DNA from: the human T2T-CHM13v2.0 reference genome, Homo sapiens
NCBI RefSeq assembly: GCF_009914755.1
Contig: NC_060926.1
Strand: one strand, 5' to 3'
DNA length: 64,000 nucleotides
Of this stretch, positions 1 through 13,300 are shown one piece after another (position 1 is the stretch's first letter; each line of letters starts with the position of its first letter). Both the position numbers and the translations under genes were made by a program. Under the pieces are notes generated by a model. That model was not told the origin of the DNA and made no database searches. It was given only the letters and a program-made list of their open reading frames with translations.

Positions 1-70
1 GCCATTGCACTCCAGCCTGGGCAACAAGAGCAAAACTCTGTCTCAAAACAAAACAAAACAAAACAAAAAA
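1..70 (+). mobile_element. Alu 3' end, cut by the window edge, with (CAAAA)n tail
   Basis: gccattgcactccagcctgggcaacaagagcaaaactctgtctc followed by an A-rich tail. Confidence 0.95.
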
Positions 71-76
71 GTATTG

Positions 77-238
77 ATGGTGGCAGGTACCTGTAATCCC
101 AGCTACTTGGGAGGCTGAGGCAGGAGAATCGCTTGAACCTGGAGGCGGAGATTGCAGTGAGCTGAGATTGCACCACTTCACTCTAGCCTGGTGACAGAGC
201 GAGACTCATTCTCAGAAAGAATGAATGAATAAATAAAT
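77..238 (+). mobile_element. Alu right arm (5'-truncated) with (GAAT/AAAT)n tail
   Basis: cctgtaatcccagctacttgggaggctgaggcaggagaatcgcttgaacc...gacagagcgagactc. Confidence 0.93.
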
Positions 239-1429
239 ATTGAGCACCTACTACATGTCAGACAGTGGGAATACAAGAGTGAACAGATATTTATCTTCTC
301 AGATATTTTACGTGTTTATTAAAGTAATGGAGGTAGTCCAGAAGAGCTTGTGATGGGAAGCTGCAGTCTCTTGCCTTGTCAATACCCCTCCCTAGCCCCT
401 GCTTTGATCTGTTTATGATTTAATTCTTTTGGTGGTTATCTCTTTATAATATGTTCTATTCTATTTCTTGGTTTATGAATGTTAGATAATATTTTTAACT
501 CCCACTATGAAAAATGAGGATTTAACTCATTTATACTATGTTCACCTAACCTCACCTCTCTTCTCTCTCCTTTCCTTTAGTCTTTGATGATGATTGAATT
601 AGAATGTTGAATATGCGCCCCCCCCCCACCCTGCCCCACAGCCATCACTGGAAGCTGCAAAGTTGAAAACAATAGGTGGCAGCGACAGATATCCTCACAT
701 TCTAAACAGAGGCACCAAACTCTCTACATGCAGGACCTGCTAAAAGAACATCCCCATGGAATCTAGCCCATCACCACCTCCAGGTGATAAGTGAGAGAAG
801 GGAAGAGTTGGAGAGAGATGGGAGAGTAAGAATTTCTTTTGGAGTGGGGGTTATTGGGTTCTTCCTTCCTACCTTAAACCAAGAGAGAAGGGTCTTTAAG
901 ATTGCCTCTAAGAAAAATGATGGTCTTTGCCAGAAGGAGATTGGCACATGTTTCTCCTTTAGGTACCACAACCCTGGGATGTCTTTTTCATGAATGATGC
1001 TTGTGTTTTTCTCTGAGATCTTGGATTCTGGATCTATGATTCCTATTTCACCTTTCTTTTTAAGATGACAACTGATTTAGACTCCTTTCCTGAAGTGTAC
1101 ACAGTAACCTAATTTCTCTTCCATGATATGGAACAATAGCTCCCTGTACGTGTATCACATCCACTGAAGACTTTTGCTTTATAAGTTTAGGTAGGCTATG
1201 CCAGATCTCTGGGGATAAGGGGCACTAGGCTTTTCCTCAACCCCAAGAACTCATTCTCAAATCCTTCTCCAATCAAAATGATATCCCCTTTTCCTCTGTC
1301 ACTCCCTCATCCTTACTAAGCCATGCTTACTAGTGTCCCCACTGTTGATTCTTTCTCCAGTCCAAGGAAGGCCAAGAACATTTTCTCTCTGGTTCCAATT
1401 TGATCAGTAGTTGGTAGTGGGTGCCATAA

Positions 1430-1920
1430 TGTTATAAAGAATTAGGTTTTTATAGGGGACACACTATGGTTATTCCTCACATCCATTCCAGCCCAGATGG
1501 ATGAGTCTATCATCTCCTTCCCTGGGCCAGTGGCTAACTGAGGAAAGGGCAACAACCTGACTTTGAACACTGAGATGTCAGGAGAAGCCTGCTGGTGGTT
1601 TCTGGGAAAGTTCAGTTTTCTCCTACAGGTAGAGAAAGATTATCTCTCTGGACCTTGTCTTCCTGGATATGATTTCTGCTGTAGCCATCTTTCAATCAGG
1701 TTAAAGATGAAGCCAATTTTGAGGATGAAACAAGAGACAGATGGAGAGAAACCAGGTCCTTGATGACTTAATTTAGCCCCCAAATCAACTAACCCTAAAG
1801 TTCGCTCTTCTTCTGACCTTCCTAAATTCCTGTTACGCGAGACAGTGCATTTCCATGTTGTTTAACCCAATTTGAGTCGAGGTTTCTGTTGTGTGCAGCT
1901 GAAGTCAAACTAACTGATAT
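1430..1920. mobile_element. Old ERVL-class LTR (LTR16/LTR33-like)
   Basis: Diagnostic-looking segments gtagccatctt...gaagccaa...agagacagatggagagaaaccaggtccttgatgac and gtttaacccaatttgagtcgaggtttctgttgtgtgcagctgaa. Confidence 0.55.
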
Positions 1921-2366
1921 AATGTCCCAAGTCATGTCGAATTGGTGTGAAAGGGTGCTGTGATCCATTAGCTATGTCTGTCAAAGGTGGGGGTTTCAAC
2001 CTTTGCCAGCCTGTGCTCTTTAGTTCCTTATTTGCATCTTGTGCAGGGGTTATCTACGGGGTTTGTTTTGCTTTCATTACTACCCAGATTAGTGCTTTTA
2101 ATGTGCAGACAGTGGTTATAACATAAAATACCCTTATTTGTATGTCTCAGTCTGTGCTTCAGCTTCCTGAGCTGCCCAACCCATTCTGCACCTCATTTCT
2201 TCTGTTCTTTTTGACTCCCCTGGTTACTAAAGTGTTGTTTATTCCATTCTTACGACTTTCTCACTTGCCTGATGCTGAGATTTAAAAATTCACCTGGAGA
2301 TAGACCAGGAACACAGCACACTGCAGCCTATTTGAAGCATCAGATGGGTGGTGCTGACGATATCTT

Positions 2367-2555
2367 ATATGAGGCTGATCTGGCCTGCTGTATGTGTGAC
2401 CCCATCAATTGCTGGCTGATCCGAAGGGCTAGCGTCTCCTTCATCTGGTCTTCATTGAGCTGTGGACAGCCCTCCAAAAGCTGAATGCTCTGTCAAGAAG
2501 GATGCCCTTCCCAGACAGGAAGAGCTGTTCTTTGGTCAAAGGTATACAGGTGGTA
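2367..2555 (+). pseudogene. Degenerate, 3'-truncated 7SK snRNA retropseudogene (RN7SKP-type)
   Basis: Colinear with roughly nt 1-200 of 7SK as I recall it: atgaggctgatctggc (GTGAGGGCGATCTGGC), gaccccatcaattgc (CACCCCATTGATCGC), ccctccaaaagctg (CCCTCCCGAAGCTG), tctttggtcaaaggtatac (TCTTCGGTCAAGGGTATAC). Many CpG transitions. Confidence 0.8.
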
Positions 2556-2849
2556 TACTGATGATGTGAAGAAACACAACTTTTGGGCTGACACTGTTCT
2601 ATGAGCTTTTCTTAATTTCTGGAGTGTGCAAAGCATTATCTAGGTCTATAAACAAGAATAATAAGAGGAAACAATGGGGCTGCCATTTCCCAGCTCTCTT
2701 TTTTTTTCTTTTAAACTTGGAAACAAGCTGCAGGGTCTCAAATCCAGCGTTCCTTGTAAATTCTGAAAATAAAAATGGACGGTGCACACAGGTATGGCTT
2801 GTGGAAGAATTAATGGAACCCTCAGCAATAGACTCTCATTCTTTTTTTC

Positions 2850-3075
2850 TGTTTGCTAATTGATTAAAAATATGTATATGCATTGCAAAGCTCATGTATT
2901 GATCAAGAGAAGAGTGAAAAGGATAGCTTCTCTAATTAAGACTGATTGGAGCTGTGAAAGTTTAATTAATTGGATGCATGTCACTTCATTTCCATGTTAT
3001 GTTGTGCACAGCGCTCTGTTTTCATAATTACCGTGTTGTGTTGGGGTGGCGGGTGTCTCTCTAATTAACAGTCTG
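2850..3075. promoter_or_regulatory. Candidate homeodomain-rich enhancer-like element
   Basis: Non-repeat block with ctaattgatta, ctaattaag, ttaattaattgg, cataattac and ctaattaac clustered in ~220 bp. Confidence 0.35.
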
Positions 3076-3449
3076 GGGGAAAAGTGATGTATGGTCCTGC
3101 TGAGCAGACAGAGTGGGTGGAAAGAGAGGACCCAACCAGAATCCACAGGCTCTGTCCCCGTGGCCTGATTCTCAACCATTTCCCTTACCCTTTGTTCAGT
3201 AAACGAGGTTTTGGTGGATGTTCCCAGAGACTGCTGTTTATGTATTTGTTCCTCAGGTTTCTCCATCAGGAGACAGGGAGGCTGGATGACACTTCCAGGG
3301 ATTGGAAGGTGAAATGCCCACTGGTTGAGAACCACTCCAACAGCTTTCTCCTTAGAACCCCCAATATTCACTCCTCACTTGGCAACTAACACTTGCCCAC
3401 CTAGCCATGACAGACCCTTACTGAGTGTCTACTCCGTGCAATGTATGGT

Positions 3450-3630
3450 GATGGGCCGGGTGACTTTGAGTTCAGATTGCTGTTCCTTACTAGACATGTG
3501 GCCTTGGGAAATTTTCCTGAGTTCTTTGTGCCCCAGTCTTCTAATTTATAACATGGGAATACTAAGACCTTCCTAGTAAAGATGCTGGGCACATTACATG
3601 AAATAACAAATAGTATGCTTAGTGTACAGT
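3450..3630 (+). mobile_element. MIR
   Basis: MIR core: ttactagacatgtggccttgggaaattttcctgagttctttgtgccccagtcttctaatttataacatgggaatactaa. Confidence 0.75.
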
Positions 3631-3699
3631 TTTATCACCCTAGATTTATTAATCCTTTCACTTCCCTGTGTAGTTATTTTTACAAAAATACTTTGTTGA

Positions 3700-4460
3700 A
3701 TGATCCTATTGTAGATTTTAACTCCTAACTGGCCTCACTTCTGTGACCACCCTCTTAAATCCATACTCCACTTTGGAAACAGGATTCTTTTTTCTAAAGT
3801 GAAAGTTGATTATATGAATGCCTTGGTGAGACACCTGCCCAGATGATGTTTCACCTCTGTAGAATGGGAATTCTACCCCCTGCACCAGCTGGCCCCTGTG
3901 GCCGCACCTTCAGCACCCCTTCTTTTCACAGCCTTTCCAGGGCTGCCCAAACCCCCAAATTTCCCTCACACCTGAGCATAACATGCATTTCTCTCTTCTG
4001 CCCAGAAGACATTTTTCCTCCTAAAAGCAAAAGTCCCACAAATTATTTTCATATTCAGCTCAAATAGCTCCTTTTCAATGAAATTATCTGTGCTCCTGCC
4101 CTATCCCCTCCTCCCTGCTTCCCCTGCCCCAGCACTGTTTTCTTGTTTGGAGTCTCTTCCTGACTAGGCAGGAAGTTCCTACAGGCAGGGACAGGAAGTT
4201 TCTATAGGTAAGGCTGTGTCTCTGTTATCTTTGGGTCTCAGTGCCTGGCAAGCATATACGATGAAGCAGGCTTTTAATAAGTGATTGTTGAATGATGGAT
4301 ACAAAAAACAAAAGTTGTCTTCATATGGAACTCCCATTAAACATCTGACTTCCTACAAGACTTTCGGCTCCATACAGGCAGGGAACACGTCTGTCTTGTT
4401 CTATATTGTCATGTCCCTGTTTGCCTGGCACATGGTAGGTACTCCATAAAGAAAATTGGC
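3700..4460 (+). mobile_element. L2 3' fragments
   Basis: L2 3' signatures: cagtgcctggca...aataagtgattgttgaatgatg and tgcctggcacatggtaggtactccataaa. Confidence 0.6.
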
Positions 4461-4579
4461 ACATCATGTGGTCCGTATGCTTTATAGGTTTGTTGTGAGG
4501 GCAAATTGATAATGAATATAAAAGTTTTATAGTTTAAAAAGTTGGAAAAATACTGTAAGATTGTTTAATAGAACAATAA

Positions 4580-5213
4580 TGTCGACAAAAAGAGTCAAAC
4601 CCTGTAAAATATTTGAAGGTATTTATTCTGAGCCAAATGTGAGTTACCATGGCCCATGACACAGCCCTCAGGGGACTCCAAGAACATGTGCCCAAGGTGG
4701 TCAGGGGGCAGCTTGGTTTTACAAATTTAAGGAAGACATGATACATCAATCAAATACATTTAAGATATGCATTGGTTCAGTCCAGAAAGGCAGGACAAGG
4801 TCGGGGGGGATGCTTCCAGGTTATAGGTAGATTTAAAAATTTGCTTTTGGCAATTAATTGAAAAAGTTCTTATCAGTAGAAAGGAATGTCTGGATTATAA
4901 GGGATTGTGGAGACCAAAGTTGTATCATGCAAATGAAGCCTCCAGGTAGCAGGCTTCAGAGAGAAAAGATTATAAATGTTTCTTATAAGACTTAAGGTCT
5001 GTGTTGATGTTTAATGCTGGTCGGCTTTTCCTGAATTCCAAAAGGGAGGAGGGCATAATGAGGCATGTCTGACTCTCCCTTCCCATCATGGCCTGAACCA
5101 GTGAACCAGTCTTTCAGGTTAACTTGAGTGCCCAGGCCAAGAGGAAGGAGTCTATTCAGATGACTGTGGGGTTGGGGCAGGGGGCTTGCTTAGAATTTTA
5201 TTTTTGGTTTACA
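4580..5213 (-). mobile_element. MER4A-like ERV1 solo LTR
   Basis: The minus strand begins TGTAAACCAAAAATAAAATTCTAAG (MER4-group start) and ends ...TCGACA. 4-bp TSD ATAA at 4576-4579 and 5214-5217. Confidence 0.85.
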
Positions 5214-6084
5214 ATAATTGCTAATGACATTATTATTATTTTTTTTGGAAGGCGTGCTCTTTCTGTTTTGGAGTAGATTTCCTGACTGTCAGTGACCTCT
5301 GAGTCCTTCTGCATGTTGTCATTACAACTGGGTGTGGTGTCTCTCCATAGAGAGGCTGTCCTCATAACCTTCAGAGAGGAATTCGGAAGCCTTTGTCAGC
5401 AATACTCAACTGAGTCTCAACCTGTCCCTTTTTAAAAATTCGATAACTCTCTGGATTTCCTAATATACTATTCTCCTACCTCAGTGACATGTGCAATAAA
5501 TAATGCATTCTGGTAATTTTAGAAAATCATTTTATTTCCAGGCACTTGTCTGGAGTCAATCAATATTTATACTTATTCAAGGTTTTTTTTATTAGGAAAA
5601 GTTTTTTTTTTTCTTCCTATGCATGTTTGACCTTGTGTCAAATAACATTTTTCTCCAGTGTAAAACCTCCAAAACAATGCCCAGCCATGAAGATTGTCAG
5701 CCACACCCCTTCTCACTAATGAGGAACTGCTGAGGGAAATAAGCCCTGATCCCATGTTTCATTTTGACTAGCTCTTCACACTTGACTCTAGTTCAGGAAA
5801 TTGGACTATGGACTAGTCTGCCATCTCTAGTCCAATGCCAGCGCAATTCTATTAGCAACATTTTTAGTACTGGGAGTGGGAGTTTATAAAGACCCAGGGT
5901 GATTAAAAATAAATTTGGGTTGAAATAACTAACTTGTTTCAGTGACCCCCTTTCTCCACGCCAAAATTTAATATTAATTTTAAAAAGTTCAGACCCTGCA
6001 CCATTATCCCAGGTGTATCTTGACTCTGACAGAAAAGCACTGAAGGCTAGCCTTGAGGAGTTTGTCTGGGTGTGGAGTGTGGGG

Positions 6085-6210
6085 ATGAAGGCCCTGGAGT
6101 GTGAAGGTCCGGGTTCTAGGCTGCTTCTGCTATTGGTTGGCCCTGTGACAGGGGAAGTCACTCAATTTTTCCGTGTTTCAGTTTCCTTGTCAGTCAAATG
6201 AAGATGCTGG
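6085..6210 (+). mobile_element. MIR core (source of the local duplication at 7765)
   Basis: ctgtgacaggggaagtcactcaatttttccgtgtttcagtttccttgtcagtcaaatgaagatg. Confidence 0.65.
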
Positions 6211-6894
6211 CTCTGTAATTCTGGGTCAGTCTGCAGGCAGCTAGTCCACAAGGATAATGACTGTATTCCTTTTTGTACCAGCACTGTGCTGGGTGCCAAG
6301 GACATAACAATGGAGACTCGCTGCCCCAAAGTACCAATGCAAGACACATGTGTGCTCGGCCCTCAGTCCCCAAGCACGGTGTGCCACGGTGATGGGCTTG
6401 GGGTCTAGGTCACCAGGTCAACCTTCTCCTCCACACTGCATGAGTTTAACTTTGCCTGGGCTCTCTCTCCCGCTAACTGACTTTACCCCAAAGCAGATTG
6501 TAGGAGAACTTCTAAAAGCATTGGCTCTTGAAGGTGAGGAAGCAAGCAGAGCTTAGCTCTCCATCCTCCCTGAGAGGCCTTGACACTCCTCTTCTGCCTG
6601 GGACAGTGTTGGGTCCCCAGGGCTCACATGGGGAGGAAGTAGAAGCCAGTGCCTCAAAGGGCCCAGGCACTGTGGGCCTCCTCAAGTTATGGAACTAAGA
6701 TAATGTGCTGTGCCTGCTCAGAAAAGCAGCTTTTCTTACTGAAAAAAAAAAAAAAAATTCTGCTTTGCCTTACCAGGTAAAAAGAACAGCAGTTAGGAAG
6801 TCCTCAAAGCACACTGGAGGAACAGAAAGTACAGGGGGGTTGAGGGTAGAGAGTCTGGGAGGCCACATTCAGACACTGTCTGTTACCCTAAGAT

Positions 6895-7400
6895 AGTGGT
6901 TTTCAAATGTTATTGAGCACCAGAATCACCTGTAGGGCTTGTTCAAACGTAAACTAATTGTTTCTGATGCAATAGGTCTGGGCATAGCCTGAGAATGTGC
7001 CTTTCCAGCAAGCTCCCAGCTGATGCTGATTCTGCTTTGTGACTAGCTGTGCTTAAGGGGAGCGGCTTGAAGGGAGTACAATCTTAATGAGTGAAATATT
7101 GTATCAACTAACATTTTCCATGGAATGTTAATAAGCCATGACAAAAACCCTGGGTATGGATTGACTACAATAGAAAATTCTATGCCAGTGAGACTTTAGA
7201 ATGGTGTTTCTCAAGTGTGATTTGCAAACCGCCTTCATCAGTCAGAGGGCCTTGCTACTCAAAATGTGGTTCCCAGACCAGCAGGATGGATGTCACCTGC
7301 ATGTGTTAGAAATGCAGAATCTCAGGCCCCACTCCACACCTACTGTACCAGAACATCGATTTTAACAAGATTTCTGTTACAGGTTGAGAAGCATTGCTCC
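6895..7400. mobile_element. MER5A/MER5B hAT-Charlie MITE fragments
   Basis: agtggttttcaaa...cagaatcacctg; gctactcaaaatgtggttcccagaccagcag...gttagaaatgcagaatctcaggcccc. Confidence 0.75.
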
Positions 7401-7764
7401 AGGGTTTCTCAGATGTGTTTCTAGAGTGGGTGTCTTTTGGGTTTGGGTTGGGGAGGTGAAATATATGATTATTATAATCCAGAGTCATTGCACACTAGCT
7501 CAGCCTAGATGTTAGCCTGGGTGTGACCCTGGGTGGGCAATGGCTCAAGCCTTCATAGAGCATCCATTCCTGGAAACAACGCATACAGGAAGGTAGGGTG
7601 TTTCAATGTGTATGTCATCTGTCTATTTTGACAGCGTATTTTTGAAGATCAATATGCAATTGTTCTTCCTTAGCTTCTATGTGGCAGATAAACCTTGTCA
7701 TTTCTGGGAAGAAGAGATCATGGCTAAAGTGGAGGAACAGGAAGAGGAGGAAGCACTCCATACC

Positions 7765-7906
7765 AGGCTGCTTCTGCCATTGGTTGGTCCTGTGATAGGG
7801 GAAGTCTCAATTTTTCCATGTTTCAGTTTCCTTGTCAGTCAAATGGCTCTGTAATTCTGGGTCAGTCTGCAGGCAGCTAGTCCATATGAATAATGACTGT
7901 ATTCCT
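7765..7906 (+). repeat. Dispersed direct copy of 6118-6270
   Basis: Near-identical sequence from aggctgcttctgc to aatgactgtattcct, including non-MIR flank. Confidence 0.95.
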
Positions 7907-8044
7907 CCGTTATGTACAGTCTAAGCACAATTCCCTGTCTCACATTTCTCAGGGTATTGGGGGTGAATGAAATAAAAAAATATGGCAGGGTCTTTGTCCT
8001 ATAAAACATCACTAATAGTATTTTTCCAAAAGACCTAGAACATT

Positions 8045-8622
8045 TAAAAATGATTTTATTGAGATAAATTCAAATACCACACAATTCACCTGTTTAAAGT
8101 GTAGAGTTCAATTGTATTTAGTATCTTCACAGAGTTATGCAACCATCACCGCAATCTAAGCTTAGAACATTTTTATCACCCCCCCAACCCTCCCGCCGCC
8201 AAAAAACCCCTACCCACTAGCAATCACTCCCCGTCGCTCTCCTCCAACCAGCCCTGGGCAGTCACTGGTCTACTTTCTGTCTTTATAGATTTGCCTATTC
8301 TGGATATTTCATATAAACAGAATCATACAATGTGGCCTTTTGTGACTGACTTCTTTCACTTATATACTATTTTCAAAGTTCATTCATGTTGTAGCATGTA
8401 TCAGTACTTCATTTTTTAAATAATAGCTATATGGTATAGTTTTTACGTTTGGTGTAACTTATATGTGTAGTTTTTACATTTAGGTCTATGATCCATTTTG
8501 AGCTAATTTTGTATATGATGTGAGGAAGGGGTCTAACTTCATTCTTTCACATGTGGATATCCAGTTGTCCCAGCAATACTTGTTGAAGGCTATTCTTTAC
8601 CCATCTAATTGGTTTGGCACCT
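8045..8622 (-). mobile_element. L1M (L1MB-like) 3' fragment with internal deletion
   Basis: ttttattgagataaattc...ttgcctattctggatatttcatataa...; ORF2-derived taggtctatgatccattttgag...gatatccagttgtcccagc. Confidence 0.85.
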
Positions 8623-8632
8623 AGATAAGTTA

Positions 8633-8943
8633 TTTTTTATTTTATTTTATTTATTTTGTTGAGACAGTGTCTCATTCTTGTTGCCCAGGCTAGGGCGTAG
8701 TGGCATGATCTTGGCTTAATGGAACATCTGCCTCCTGGTTTCAAGTGATTCTCCTGCCTCAGCATCCCAAATAGCTGGGATTACAGGCATGTGCCATCAT
8801 GCCTGGCTAATTTTTGTATTTTTAGTAGAGATGGGGTTTTGCCATGTTGGCCAGACTGGTCTCAAACTTCTGATCTCAAATGATTCACCCGCCTCAGCCT
8901 CTCAAAGTGCTGAGATTACAGGCATGAGCTGCCACACCTGGCC
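8633..8943 (-). mobile_element. Full-length Alu (AluS-like)
   Basis: Both arms present. TSD-like aagttattttt on both sides. Confidence 0.95.
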
Positions 8944-8974
8944 CTAAACAAGTTATTTTTAAAAGCCTAGCTCT

Positions 8975-9285
8975 ATATTAGACTCACCTGGGGGATGTTA
9001 AAAATATATCCATGTCTGGGCCCCTCCTCAGTTAATTAAATCAGAATCCCCAGTGACTCTAACGTACAGTCAGGGTTGAGAAACACGTGCCTAGGGTATG
9101 GCTCTCAAATGTGGTTTCCAGATTAGCAGCATTGGCTACACCTGGAAATCTGTTAGAAATGCAGGTTCTTAGGACCCTCCTCACGCTTGCTGGAATCAGA
9201 AATGCTAGGGGGTAGAGCTGAGCAATCTGTTTTAGTAAGTCCTTCAGGTGATTCTGGTTTACACTTAAGTTTGAGAACCATTGGC
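8975..9285. mobile_element. MER5-family MITEs
   Basis: ctctcaaatgtggtttccagattagcagcattggctacacctggaaatctgttagaaatgcag...agtttgagaaccattg. Confidence 0.8.
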
Positions 9286-10568
9286 CCTGACCAGTGTTTT
9301 GCTTTAAGTGATAACAAGATGCTCTGTGGCATCAGACTCACCTGTGAGCTTTATGCTCCTGTACTTATAGAGGGCCCGGAGGGCGGAAGAACCAACGGCC
9401 CCTGCCTTGGGTCCTTTGAAGTCCGGTGTCTCCTGCTACCCATGCTGTGCTTGTGATCCTTTCTCTTCCTGGGCTGAAAGCCGTGTCTGCAGAATGGGCA
9501 CATGTCCTGCTCCTCCTGCCTTTCCTTGTGGGGCTAGTGACTGCCCTGAACAAGATGTGGCTTTTATCCTCAAGGAGCTCTCAGCCTAGCTTTAGGGGAC
9601 TCCTGTGACTAGTGTTGGTTGATCTTCTCACCCACCCAACTTGCTCCACTCGTCATAGATGAATGTATTTAATTCATACCACAGGAGGTTCAGTCTTCCC
9701 GTAGACTCTGGGATTTCAGAGAGGATGAAGGTAAGGAAAAAAAATTACTGTCAGTGCCACACTGATTCGGGCTGCATTCCTAGGGTGCAGAAGCCCCAGG
9801 CTCCTGTTGTATTCTCTGTGCCCAAATCCTAACCTTGTGCCACACATTCAGCACCTGTCCACACTCTTGCTTGGAACCTTACTCCTGCCTTTCTGCCCAG
9901 ATTCCCTAATTGTCTTGAAGCCCAGACCCAGTGGTTTCAAGGGCTTGCAAACAAGCCGACAGATCTCCCCGCCTTTGCTCAGCCTGCCCCGGTGTCTGTG
10001 ATGAGAAGGGCCTGGCACACCTCTAGCATGTCAGGTGCCCCCAGGTGTGTTTGCCTGGCTCCCATCCCATTGGCCCCACCGCTGGTGTGAGCCCTGGCTC
10101 TGACCTTACTCATGTGTCCTGCTTCTGAACCAGATCCCCTTCCTTCCAAGATTATCAGCATTTACAGATACGTTGTGCTGTTAAAGCTCTTTAGATTTCC
10201 ACAACTGAAAATGTTACCAAAACCAGCCACAGCAACATGGGGGTTCTCATGTGACTGAAAAGCCTGGGAAGGTTTGATGTAGATGCTTGATCAGGACTTA
10301 TGTTCTTTTTGATTCGCCATCACTAGGTTCTTCTCTTTCATCATGATTCATTCTTAGGCTCTTCCCTGTGGTAGTAAGAGATGCCTATAGCAGGTGTAGA
10401 TCTTGCATTTTTTCAGCTTCATCTCTCATGGAAAAGCATGAAAATTCCTTATTCTAAAGTCTCATCGTGACTCGTTGGGTCTGATCATGTCGTATGTTCA
10501 ACCCTGGACCAATCTCTGTAGCCAAATCTCCTAGACTGGAGATTTGATGCACTGATTGGCCTGGATCT

Positions 10569-11424
<856 letters not shown>

Positions 11425-11510
11425 TGGATCTGGCTCTTAAGCTTGACCCTTGGAGCTGGGAGTGGGTAGTGCTCCATATCCACCACAAAACAAAATGGGG
11501 AAGGGGCAAC

Positions 11511-12520
11511 GTGGTATAAAACATAAACATTTGGTCTTTGTCTCTGGTTTCTGGCACAGAGCTCCCATGACTCTTGGAATTGACTATTTTTTTTTTTTCT
11601 TTTTTTGCAACAGTGTCTCTCTCTGTCATCCAGGCTGGAGTGCAGTCGTGCCACCTGCCTCAGCCTCCTTAGTAGCTGAGATTACAGGTGCTTGCCACCA
11701 CGCCTAGCTACCTTTTTTGTATTTTTAGTAGAGACAGGGTTTTGCTGCTATTGGCCAGGCTGGTCTTGAACTCCTGACCTCAAGTGATCTGCCCACCTCA
11801 GCCTCCGAAAGTGCTGGGATTACAGGCATGAGCCACCGTGCCCGGCCAGAACTGGTTCTTTTGTATGCTTATGAATGACTGGTGGCTGAGTCAACCTCCA
11901 GTGATCAATCCCTATTGTAGATAACTTCAGTACAGGGGTTGATTACTAGAGGGACAAAGCCATGATTACGGGGTGGAACTTTCAGCCCCACCCTGACCTC
12001 CAGAGGAGGGCTGGAGATTGAGCTCAATCACCAAAGGTCAGTGATTTCATTAATCATCCTACATAATGAAACCTTCATAAAAACCCATAAATGACGGGGT
12101 TTAAGGAACTGTGGGGTTGGTGAATGCACTGAAGTGCTGGGAGGGTGGTGTACCCAGAGAGGGCAGGGAAGCTCTGTGCCGCTACTCTCCATACCCTCCC
12201 TGTGAATCTTGGGTTATGTAATAAATGAGTAATAGCAAGGAGATTTCCTGAGTTCTTGGAGTTGTTCTAGTGAATTATTGAACCTAAGGTGGATGTTGTG
12301 GGATCTCCTAAATTTATAGTTGTTCCATCAGAAGTGCAACTGGCAACCTTGGACTTGTGAGTGGCATTCGAAGTGGGGCAGTCTTGTGGGACTGAGCCCT
12401 TAACCTGTGGGGTCTATGCTAATTCTGATAGTGTTATAATTGAATTGGATTGTTGGATACCCAGTTGGTGTCAGAGAAACAGAATTGATGTTGGAAAATA
12501 TACCAAGTATTTAGTGTCGG
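11511..12520 (+). mobile_element. MER21-like LTR interrupted by an Alu
   Basis: ttggtctttgtctctggtttctggcacagagctcc...ggaactttcagcccca...gtcttgtgggactgagcccttaacctgtggggtct. Confidence 0.75.
11586..11847 (-). mobile_element. Alu with an internal deletion in the right arm
   Basis: gagtgcagtcgtgcc joins directly to acctgcctcagcc, so ~45 bp of consensus is missing. Confidence 0.93.
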
Positions 12521-12829
12521 GGGAGGGGGAAGCCCCTAACGTGGATTCCTAGACAGGTGGTACCAGAAACAGGGTTAATGGAAGTGTTGCTCAAAAAGCA
12601 CATGCCTACAGTATTCCTTGGCCCTGGCTGGATTTCGGATTTGCTTCTCCGGACAGATGGATTAATCTTGTGGGGACACTCTCATAGGATACCACCTTTC
12701 TTCCAGCCTTGAATGCTATGGCTCATCTGGGAAGTGGTTCAAAGTTTGATATAGAGAGCAAAAGTTCTATAGTGGGTTGGGGGAGTTTAATGGGTGAAAC
12801 TTTTCTTGAGGTCAGTGTGATATTACACA

Positions 12830-13300
12830 TCACCTTAAAAATGCTCCTACTCTTTGGCCTTGCATTCTTAAATTTTGAGAATTAATCCTAGGGTAGTGAT
12901 CTAATAGGTGAGTCAGGCTTCAGGCAAAATGTTATTATTATACCATTATTTATATTAGAAAAAAATTGACCTTGAAAAGCATCTGTTATAGGATTGGTCA
13001 AATAAATTTCAGCATATCAGCATATCCTTAGGATGGAATAATATGTAACCACCAAAAATTATACAGAATTTAAGTCCATTGGCAAGTGATACAAAATATA
13101 ATTTGATATTGATATTATCATATTAACAGTATACTCAATATATAATATCATTTAAATTGTATCAACCATGCTTTATTGAAAGGACTAGAAATTCACACTC
13201 CAATACAATAATATTGTTATCTTGGGTGGTAGGATAATTGGTGTCTGAATTCTTTTTCTTATATTTTATTCCGTATTTCCAGATTTTTCTGTGAGGATGC
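12830..13300 (+). mobile_element. Ancient L1M 3' fragment
   Basis: AT-rich decayed L1 3' motifs (gattggtcaaataaattt, gttatcttgggtggtaggataattgg). Confidence 0.45.

Noticed and set aside
2675-2745. Possible continuation of the 7SK copy (aaacaagct)
   Set aside because: Match too short and not colinear enough to distinguish from chance
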